DNA of 64,000 nt from a virus. Below the pieces are notes generated by a model. That model was not told the DNA's origin. It was given only the letters and a program-made list of their open reading frames with translations, and ran no database searches. A program made the position numbers and the translations under genes. This document shows, in pieces, positions 39,530-46,837 of this stretch (position 1 is its first letter; every line of letters starts with the position of its first letter). The stretch spans positions 117,935-181,934 of IMG/VR virus record IMGVR_UViG_3300020463_002275, one strand, 5' to 3'.

Positions 39530-40664
39530 TTATTTTCTCTAATATATTTGTTGTTGAAAAATCTTCAACTGTAGGCACAATATAAACGCTAGTTAAATCA
39601 TGTCCTACTACTTCATTAACTTTGTAATCACCACCTTTAACGATTAGGTTAGGCTTTATTGACTTGATTAAATCATATGGTGTATCTTCACTGAATACAA
39701 TAACTTCATCTACCCAAGGTAATATTTCTAATTGTTTCTTACGTGTTTCTACAGGATTAATTGGACGATTATCTCCTTTTAATCTCCTTACACTACGATC
39801 ATCATTTAATCCTACAATAAGTTTGTCGCCTTTTTCTTTGGCGGCTTTTAATAATTCAAAATGACCAGTATGCAATATATCAAAACATCCATTTGTAAAA
39901 ACAACAGTGCTTTCTAAATCTTCTTTTTTTAATTTATATGTGCCACTATGTTTAACACTTTCAGTTGAACCTCTTATAGCAATTTCTAAGCATTTTTTAT
40001 AATCATAACCTTTTACCAAACCAAAAACAAGTCCTGCTAAGAAACAATCTCCTGCTCCTGTTACATCTGATACTTCTACATTTTCTACAGGTATATTATA
40101 ATCTACACCGTCAATATTAGCAATTACTTCTTTACCTGCATTAGTTGTTATAATATTTCCTTGCCACTTGTCAAATCCAAATTTGTAAAATTCGTTATAG
40201 TTTGGTTTTACTAGCCATGCACCTTCGTATTCACTTGCATTACGCTTAGGATCAACAATTATTTTACAGCCAAATTTATTAATATGATTTATTATTTTTT
40301 GTGTATGATCTAATGCACCTTTATTGTAATCACTTAGTATCACATAATCATATGGTGCAAAATCACTTTGCAGTATTTGTTCTAAAACAGCATCTGCATC
40401 AGCATGTTCATCTTCGTCTAATCTAGTTATATAATGTCCATCTGATATTATTCTTGTTTTAGTACTTCTATTTTGATTATTATGTACAAGTGTTGCATCT
40501 ATATCTAAATTTTTTAAATTTTCTAATACAAGTCCTGCACCGCCTAGCGAAGTTGATACTTTATCAATATTAACTATAGGCACTGGTGCCTCTGGACTAA
40601 TTCTTGAACTAGTGCCATACACATATTTGTCTACAATAACATCGCCGAATACTAAGACTTTCAT
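39522..40664 (-). CDS. hldE: Bifunctional heptose-7-phosphate kinase / heptose-1-phosphate nucleotidyltransferase
   Basis: GDVIVDKY..G...RISPEAPVP, LSDYNKG, DVTGAGD (PfkB kinase) fused to FTNGCFDILHTGH, GLNDD, KGGDY, STT. Confidence 0.92.
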   Translation of the reverse strand: MKVLVFGDVIVDKYVYGTSSRISPEAPVPIVNIDKVSTSLGGAGLVLENLKNLDIDATLVHNNQNRSTKTRIISDGHYITRLDEDEHADADAVLEQILQSDFAPYDYVILSDYNKGALDHTQKIINHINKFGCKIIVDPKRNASEYEGAWLVKPNYNEFYKFGFDKWQGNIITTNAGKEVIANIDGVDYNIPVENVEVSDVTGAGDCFLAGLVFGLVKGYDYKKCLEIAIRGSTESVKHSGTYKLKKEDLESTVVFTNGCFDILHTGHFELLKAAKEKGDKLIVGLNDDRSVRRLKGDNRPINPVETRKKQLEILPWVDEVIVFSEDTPYDLIKSIKPNLIVKGGDYKVNEVVGHDLTSVYIVPTVEDFSTTNILEKINE

Positions 40665-40669
40665 ACTAT

Positions 40670-40698
40670 ATAATAACTTACTTACTAAGGTTTGTCAA
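40670..40698 (-). promoter_or_regulatory. Sigma70-type promoter for the heptose operon
   Basis: Minus strand TTGACA-N17-TATTAT-N5-ATG(40664). Confidence 0.7.
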
Positions 40699-41125
40699 GT
40701 AAATTCAAAACTTTTGTTACAGTTTCTAATTTACTTTGATTAATTTTACTTTGCAATGTATTACGCAATCCGTGATGTAAAGGTTTAGGCCAACTTCCGC
40801 TCTTAACCCAAGCGTATCCATCATGTTCTCCGTTTAGAATAGGAATAAATTCTTCTTTCACTGCACACAAATAAGTATGAAATTGAAATTGATGGTCAGT
40901 TGATATAAAAGTTTCAAGAGGAATAGTCTTTTCAATCTTTGGATTAAATCCTACTTCTTCTTTTATCTCACGCTTTAGTACTTCCCAAGGTGTTTCTTTG
41001 CCTTCACCTGTACCTCCAACTAAACCCCATAAGTTCTTAGTTTTACCTTTAGTACGATGTAATAGTAAAAAGCGTTGTGTTTTTAGACTGTAGAACAGAG
41101 TTCCACTACAAATTATCTTGTTCAT
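40685..41125 (-). CDS. Nudix hydrolase
   Basis: Canonical Nudix box G-TGEGK-E-TPWEVLK-REIKEEVG. Confidence 0.9.
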   Translation of the reverse strand: MNKIICSGTLFYSLKTQRFLLLHRTKGKTKNLWGLVGGTGEGKETPWEVLKREIKEEVGFNPKIEKTIPLETFISTDHQFQFHTYLCAVKEEFIPILNGEHDGYAWVKSGSWPKPLHHGLRNTLQSKINQSKLETVTKVLNLLDKP

Positions 41126-41130
41126 AAAAA

Positions 41131-41136
41131 TAATTA
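41131..41136 (-). promoter_or_regulatory. Late-like promoter variant TAATTA
   Basis: TAATTA-N5-ATG(41125), the same spacing as other leaderless late motifs. Confidence 0.4.
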
Positions 41137-42573
41137 GCCGTTGAGAGCGATCCGCCAGGTCCCTCCTGGATATAGACCTTCAACACTTAATAGCCATTCT
41201 TCGCCGTCCCAGCGATATTGAATGCCTGTTTTAAGGTTTGTTACGTATGTAACTTCTTTGCTAGTAGCCGCTTCAAATACAACTACAAATTTAGTACCGT
41301 CCCATTCAACAATATCATTGCGTTTTGCAACAAAGTCAACTCCGCCTGCTGATTTCCATGCATCTGGACCATCGTTATTCGATGCGTCACCTATGTCATT
41401 AAGCAATAGTATTCTACCACCTAATCCTTTCATTACATTTGTAGGAACAGTTTTTTGTGGATCAATAATATAATCTATAGTAGTCCATTGGTTATTATTT
41501 CTTACAGGACCTGAAATAACGCTATTACTTGGGAATGTATCTGTGTCCCAATTAATTATTAATTGTGTTTCGTCCATAGAGTTTACACTTATAGTACCAG
41601 TAATTTCGTGTGTAGTTTCGTTTAATTTTGTAAAGTAAATTCGACTAATATCATCTTGATACTGTCCTGGATGACTTTCTAGTATTTGTCTCCAACTAGT
41701 TGAGCCAACCATACCTTTACTTTCTATTTGTGCTAGTGTGCCTGTTACGTAGACTCCATAATCTTGGTAATTAGTACCTACTACATGCTGAACTGATGTT
41801 GTTTCTACATTACGATTGCCGTCTTTATCTGCAACGCCTCTAACAATACTATCATCATATGCATTTAATTCTGGCATACTTAATCCTAAGTCTAATGTTC
41901 CTCTTTCCTCATCAAATATACTTGTTATAATGTTTGTAATAACACCAAGCCTTTTTACTTTGACAGGTGGACTAATATAAATTGGTGTTGTAAATGTCAA
42001 TGTTGACACATCAATTTCGCTATCAACACCAACTGGCACACTACGTGAACTCCATGTTACACTATCTAACATCACATGTGTTAAACTTGTCCAGTCTATA
42101 TAGTTGTCAGTTGTTTGTACTTCTAAACTAGGATTGAATAATACTAATATTTGCTCTAATATTTGCAACTTCATATCAGTATTAGTTGACCAAATATCTG
42201 CATTAAAAGTTAGTTTATATGGAGTAGGCATTAATCTTTCTACAGTATAATTTTTACCTTCGTAGTTTAGATATTCTTTACCTGCTCCATCATAAGCACG
42301 TTCTCTAATGTTAACTTTACTAACATAACTAGCATCTGCTGTGCGTTCTCTATCAATTTCCATTCCTGTAACATGTACAGCAATACGTGGCGCACTTGGT
42401 ATTTTGTTTTCTGTATTATCTCTTATAATGTTTGCAACCTGACGTGTTAGGTCTCCATAAGTAACAGGTATTTGTGTTAGTTTTCCTTTACCGTCTTTGA
42501 CTGAAAAATTACTCATTAGTCTTACCATTTGAGTAACGTATCTTCTTACTTGTCCGTCATAAAAATGTTGCAT
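41134..42573 (-). CDS. gp15: Tail terminator / sheath stabiliser (T4 gp15-like) with C-terminal extension
   Basis: HFYDGQVRRY...SNF...IPVTYGD...PRIAV...PTPY.LTF..DIW...QILEQILVLFNP. Confidence 0.75.
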   Translation of the reverse strand: MQHFYDGQVRRYVTQMVRLMSNFSVKDGKGKLTQIPVTYGDLTRQVANIIRDNTENKIPSAPRIAVHVTGMEIDRERTADASYVSKVNIRERAYDGAGKEYLNYEGKNYTVERLMPTPYKLTFNADIWSTNTDMKLQILEQILVLFNPSLEVQTTDNYIDWTSLTHVMLDSVTWSSRSVPVGVDSEIDVSTLTFTTPIYISPPVKVKRLGVITNIITSIFDEERGTLDLGLSMPELNAYDDSIVRGVADKDGNRNVETTSVQHVVGTNYQDYGVYVTGTLAQIESKGMVGSTSWRQILESHPGQYQDDISRIYFTKLNETTHEITGTISVNSMDETQLIINWDTDTFPSNSVISGPVRNNNQWTTIDYIIDPQKTVPTNVMKGLGGRILLLNDIGDASNNDGPDAWKSAGGVDFVAKRNDIVEWDGTKFVVVFEAATSKEVTYVTNLKTGIQYRWDGEEWLLSVEGLYPGGTWRIALNG

Positions 42574-43727
42574 TAATTATCTGCCTTAGGTCTAAGTGCT
42601 TTTGATAGACTCTGTTTTTCTTTAACAGTTTCACCACCGATTTGGTCTGTGTTAGTATTGTTAATAAACGTAGTCTTTTGTGTATTACGTGTATCAGTAT
42701 TTGATAAATCTACTCTTACGCCATCTTGTAATTTTATCCAACGATTGCCATCATATCTAAATAACCTTTTAGGTGAAAAGTCTGTTCTCAAAAAATAATC
42801 TCCATCTTCTGGCACTGTTGGAAAACTTATACCCATACCATAAGGCGATCCATTGTTACCTTCAACGCCCAATAAGTAACCTTGATATCCTGCTCTATCA
42901 GGACGGTCGTTAATCATATCGGTTGTTGTACCTATATTACTTGCATCTATATCTGTTTCATCTGCGGTTTTCAGTGCAACAGTACCATCTGCATTTGTTG
43001 CTAAAGTATAGTAATGACTTATATCGTAACCTGACTTTTTAGAATCTGCTTCTGCTTGAGCAAGTACAGAGTTATTAATATTCATTTCTTTTTCATAAGT
43101 TGATAACACATCTCTTAATGTTTCAGTTGTTCCTTCTTGTGCAGGTAAATCAAGTATTTCTTTAAATTCTTGTGAATCAACAATCTGTTTTAATTTAATT
43201 CTGTATAAATGCGGATACCATGTAGGTGAAAATCCTTCTGCGGCTCTGTTTACATCTTCAACTACATAAAATCTTTTTAGTGCATACGAATAATCATTAG
43301 CCGCATATTCGTCCTTCAAATGTGGCAGTTCAATAACATCACCACTCATAATTTTTCTACCAAGTGTCTTTACACTATTATTAATATGTATTGTCATAAA
43401 CAATGTATCATTTTGTAAAAACAAACCAAATTGACTCATATCAAAGTCAATATCTTGTACATTATAAATTCCACGCATCATGTAAATGTCAGGATCGTAT
43501 TTGCGATCTCTATTTTCTAAGAATAACATGTCTTGAATGTTTGTTTCTTTTACAGCATCGTAACGTGGCTGGTCAGCAGTTGCATCTGCTTCATCAGGAT
43601 TATTTGGGCCTAAATACTTGTGTACGAATATATCAGTTCCGCCCACAGTAAACATTTCATGGATTTGCTTGTCCATAAATGCGTAATCATTGCCCTTTTC
43701 TGGTTTATATAAGGATAGTCTTGGCAT
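42573..43727 (-). CDS. gp14: Neck / head-closure protein (T4 gp14-like)
   Basis: MPRLSLY...DYAFMD..I.EM...GG.DI, LFLENRDRKY, FGLF, GDVIELP; start placed at MPRL (43727), 5 nt after GATAAATA. Confidence 0.7.
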   Translation of the reverse strand: MPRLSLYKPEKGNDYAFMDKQIHEMFTVGGTDIFVHKYLGPNNPDEADATADQPRYDAVKETNIQDMLFLENRDRKYDPDIYMMRGIYNVQDIDFDMSQFGLFLQNDTLFMTIHINNSVKTLGRKIMSGDVIELPHLKDEYAANDYSYALKRFYVVEDVNRAAEGFSPTWYPHLYRIKLKQIVDSQEFKEILDLPAQEGTTETLRDVLSTYEKEMNINNSVLAQAEADSKKSGYDISHYYTLATNADGTVALKTADETDIDASNIGTTTDMINDRPDRAGYQGYLLGVEGNNGSPYGMGISFPTVPEDGDYFLRTDFSPKRLFRYDGNRWIKLQDGVRVDLSNTDTRNTQKTTFINNTNTDQIGGETVKEKQSLSKALRPKADN

Positions 43728-43732
43728 ACACA

Positions 43733-43740
43733 TATTTATC
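43733..43740 (-). promoter_or_regulatory. Late-like promoter GATAAATA
   Basis: GATAAATA-TGTGT-ATG(43727). Confidence 0.65.
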
Positions 43741-43756
43741 GTAAGAGACAACTATC

Positions 43757-43764
43757 GATAAATA
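43757..43764 (+). promoter_or_regulatory. Late-like promoter GATAAATA
   Basis: Back-to-back with the minus-strand copy; upstream of SD GGAG and ATG 43783. Confidence 0.65.
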
Positions 43765-43782
43765 CTAGTGGAGACTTTACAT

Positions 43783-44541
43783 ATGGCTACATTAGCAACC
43801 AAAAAACAAGAAGTATACGATTACGTCTATGCACTTTTAGGCGGAGGCATGGTAGATGTTGAACTAGATCCGGTTCATTATGAAACTGCACTTGGCAAAG
43901 CCTTATCAAAATTTAGACAACGTAGTGATAATTCAGTAGAAGAATCTTACATGTTCATGCCAACAGTTGAAGATCAAAATACATATGTATTACCAGAAAA
44001 TGTTATTGAAGTGAGAAGAATATTTAGACGTTCAATAGGATCACGTTCAGGTGGTGGTGATGGCGGTACATTGTTTGAACCATTTAATATGGCATACACA
44101 AATACCTATTTGTTAAGTTCATCTAATATGGGCGGATTAGCAACTTATGATATGTTCAGTCAATATCAAGAATTAGTAGGTAGAATGTTTGGTTCATATA
44201 TTGAATTTAAATGGAATACTACTACAAAAGAACTTACAATGTTACAACGTCCAAGAACACAAGAAACATTACTATTACTTGCATATAATTACAGACCCGA
44301 TGAACAATTATTATCAGACTACTTAGCAAGTCAGTGGATAAAAGATTATACTGTAGCAACTTGTAAATTTATGCTAGGAGAAGCACGTAGTAAGTTTGCA
44401 CAAATAGCAGGACCACAAGGTGGTAGTTCTTTAAACGGTGATGCACTAAAAGCAGAAGCAACAGCAGAGTTAGAAAAACTTGAAATGGATGTATCACAAC
44501 AAGTAGCAGGCGGTATGGGCTACGGCTTTACAATAGGCTAA
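43783..44541 (+). CDS. gp13: Neck protein (T4 gp13-like)
   Basis: ALLGGGMVDVEL...ALSKF...; GEARSKF...PQGG..LNG..LKAEA..E; start placed by SD GGAGAC. Confidence 0.75.
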   Translation: MATLATKKQEVYDYVYALLGGGMVDVELDPVHYETALGKALSKFRQRSDNSVEESYMFMPTVEDQNTYVLPENVIEVRRIFRRSIGSRSGGGDGGTLFEPFNMAYTNTYLLSSSNMGGLATYDMFSQYQELVGRMFGSYIEFKWNTTTKELTMLQRPRTQETLLLLAYNYRPDEQLLSDYLASQWIKDYTVATCKFMLGEARSKFAQIAGPQGGSSLNGDALKAEATAELEKLEMDVSQQVAGGMGYGFTIG

Positions 44542-44550
44542 AAATAATTC

Positions 44551-44579
44551 TTGACAAAATGGAATATTGATAGTATTAT
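44551..44579 (+). promoter_or_regulatory. Sigma70-type promoter
   Basis: TTGACA-N17-TATTAT-N6-ATG(44586). Confidence 0.7.
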
Positions 44580-44585
44580 TATACT

Positions 44586-45230
44586 ATGCATTATGAAGTC
44601 ACACCCCTATTCTCTACACCTTTATTGAAAACACATATCGGCCCATTAGATCCAATTACACTTGCTTGGTTAAAGCGTTTAGAATGTCCTGATAGTTCTG
44701 TAGCACAATATGGCAATGAAGACCACTTACCAGCGTCAGAGCGAGGATTTGATGTGTTAAACCAGCCAAAATTAAGCAACTTACAAACACTTATAAAAAA
44801 AGCAGTAGATCATTTTACGTACAATGTATTAGATGTAACTGATGATACTGAATTTGTTTTAACTACTAGTTGGATTAACAAAATGAATACAGGTAGCGAT
44901 ATAGGATTGCATAATCATGCAAATTCTTTGATAAGTGGAGTATATTATCCTGAAGTAGGAGAGCAATCTAATCCTATTACGTTTAGAAAAAATAGGCAAC
45001 ATTTAAATTCATTTCCAGAACATCTACGCCCTAATACTAAAGAAAATTGGAGCCAATATACTGTAGGAGCATGGACAGTAAAACCCATGACAGGAGACTG
45101 TTTAATTTTTCCTAGCCACTTAGAGCATGAGGTTGCACTCAGTAATGATAAACACAATAGATATAGTTTGGCTTTTAATTATTTTCCTAAAGGCAAACTA
45201 GGAAAAAACTCAGTTAGGGTAAACATATGA
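44586..45230 (+). CDS. 2OG-Fe(II) oxygenase, TIGR02466-like
   Basis: PLFSTP, SWIN, HNHANSLISGVYY, GDCLIFPSHLEHEV, RYSLAFN. Confidence 0.8.
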   Translation: MHYEVTPLFSTPLLKTHIGPLDPITLAWLKRLECPDSSVAQYGNEDHLPASERGFDVLNQPKLSNLQTLIKKAVDHFTYNVLDVTDDTEFVLTTSWINKMNTGSDIGLHNHANSLISGVYYPEVGEQSNPITFRKNRQHLNSFPEHLRPNTKENWSQYTVGAWTVKPMTGDCLIFPSHLEHEVALSNDKHNRYSLAFNYFPKGKLGKNSVRVNI

Positions 45231-45844
45231 AATATCAAACCACACCTTTATTTTCAATTCCTTTATTTTATGCAAATATAGGAACAGTAGATCCTGCAAC
45301 AATGGCATGGATTGAAAATTTAGATTATCCTGATGAGGCGGCCGGGCATGATCATACATCAGACAAGTATGTATTAAACAATCCAAAATTAACATCACTA
45401 AAAGAGGACATACAAAATGCTTGTGATATTTTTGTAAAAGACGAACTTAAGGTAAATGACGATGTACATTTTGAAATGCAAAACAGTTGGATTAATAAAC
45501 ATTCAGCAAATGAACAAAACACATTACACTGGCATAGTAATGCTATGATTAGTGGAGTATACTATATTCAAAATGAACCTAATGCAGGAGATATTGTTTT
45601 CCAAAAATCACACTTATATTACAATTTATTTCATGATACTGTTAGAGTGTCTTTTAAAGAACCTACTCAATATAACACAAATGAATTTTACATATCACCC
45701 AAGTCAGGAGACTTAGTTATGTTTCCTAGTCATTTGGAACACATGGTTACCCCAAATCAAACAACAACTCCACGATACAGTTTGGCATTTAATTTCTTTG
45801 CTAGGGGGACTGTAGGCGGAGGTACATCGGAACTTAAATTATGA
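45227..45844 (+). CDS. 2OG-Fe(II) oxygenase, TIGR02466-like, tandem paralog
   Basis: PLFSIP, SWIN, HWHSNAMISGVYY, GDLVMFPSHLEHMV, RYSLAFN. Confidence 0.8.
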   Translation: MKYQTTPLFSIPLFYANIGTVDPATMAWIENLDYPDEAAGHDHTSDKYVLNNPKLTSLKEDIQNACDIFVKDELKVNDDVHFEMQNSWINKHSANEQNTLHWHSNAMISGVYYIQNEPNAGDIVFQKSHLYYNLFHDTVRVSFKEPTQYNTNEFYISPKSGDLVMFPSHLEHMVTPNQTTTPRYSLAFNFFARGTVGGGTSELKL

Positions 45845-46452
45845 TAATTGGAATATGCGGCTTAATAGGCTGTGGTAAAGGAACAGTAGGCGATATCTTA
45901 GTTGAAAATCACGGATTTACAAAACTAAGTTTTGCTGACAAATTAAAAGATGGTGTTGCAACAGTATTCAATTGGGATCGTGCTATGCTTGAAGGAGATA
46001 CAGTAGAAAGTAGAGAATGGCGTGAAACACAAGATGACTTTTGGACTAAAGAGACAGGTAGAACAATTACTCCAAGATTAGTATTACAAGAATTTGGTAC
46101 TGATTGTATGCGTAATGGATTTGATAACGGTATTTGGGTAAGTTTAGTAAAGCAAGAACTTGTTAGATATCCAAATAAAAACTTTGTTATTCCTGATGTA
46201 AGATTTCCAAATGAAGCAAATATGATCAAAAGCATACATGGAGAAGTATGGCGTGTTAGGCGTGGACAAGATCCTGTATGGATGCGTATGTACCAAGATA
46301 TTGGCGTTGAACCTAAAGATGTACATGAATCTGAATGGCGTTGGGCTAAAGTAGACTTTAACCATGTAATATATAATGACTTAGGAATAGAGGAACTTAG
46401 AAGTCAGGTAAAAGGTCTCCTTGCTTCCAACGAACACCTTGTTTCTGCATAA
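45841..46452 (+). CDS. Deoxynucleoside monophosphate kinase (T4 gp1-like)
   Basis: IIGICGLIGCGKGT P-loop, SFADKLK, PRLVLQEFGT, DVRFPNE, HESE. Confidence 0.85.
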   Translation: MIIGICGLIGCGKGTVGDILVENHGFTKLSFADKLKDGVATVFNWDRAMLEGDTVESREWRETQDDFWTKETGRTITPRLVLQEFGTDCMRNGFDNGIWVSLVKQELVRYPNKNFVIPDVRFPNEANMIKSIHGEVWRVRRGQDPVWMRMYQDIGVEPKDVHESEWRWAKVDFNHVIYNDLGIEELRSQVKGLLASNEHLVSA

Positions 46453-46732
46453 TACGTTGACAGTTTGCACATATAGTTTTTATATTCATTATACTGCAAT
46501 TATCTAAATTACCATCTATATGATATACATTAAATTGCTCATTATGTTTGCTTTGAAATCCACACTTTTCACAACTGTCTTTTTTAACATATCCCCTTTG
46601 CTTCCATTTAGGCACTCCATGCTTTGGACCGTTGCGTAGGCATGCTTCACATTTTTTTCTGTAGTACGTCCGACCATTCTTTTTATAGTTTATAGCCGCA
46701 GGTCTCAGTTTACAATCACATAAAGGTCTCAT
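46397..46732 (-). CDS. HNH-like zinc-finger endonuclease
   Basis: CDC, CEAC, CEKC Zn pairs; YHIDGNLDNCSIMNIKTICANCQ. Confidence 0.7.
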   Translation of the reverse strand: MRPLCDCKLRPAAINYKKNGRTYYRKKCEACLRNGPKHGVPKWKQRGYVKKDSCEKCGFQSKHNEQFNVYHIDGNLDNCSIMNIKTICANCQRIMQKQGVRWKQGDLLPDF

Positions 46733-46736
46733 GCTG

Positions 46737-46742
46737 TATTTA
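46737..46742 (-). promoter_or_regulatory. Late-like promoter TAAATA
   Basis: TAAATA-CAGC-ATG(46732). Confidence 0.5.
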
Positions 46743-46800
46743 CCACACCTTTTTGGTCCCTTTTTCTGGTGGTATTATAAGCATTTTAATTTCAATACGC

Positions 46801-46807
46801 ATAAATA
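46801..46807 (+). promoter_or_regulatory. Late-like promoter ATAAATA
   Basis: Upstream of SD AAGGAG and the sheath start at 46838. Confidence 0.65.
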
Positions 46808-46837
46808 CTACGAACACTTTTATTAAGGAGAAACATT

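Noticed and set aside
46741-46774. TACCAC/GTGGTA inverted repeat between divergent promoters
   Set aside because: Only 6 bp with a long loop; compatible with chance.
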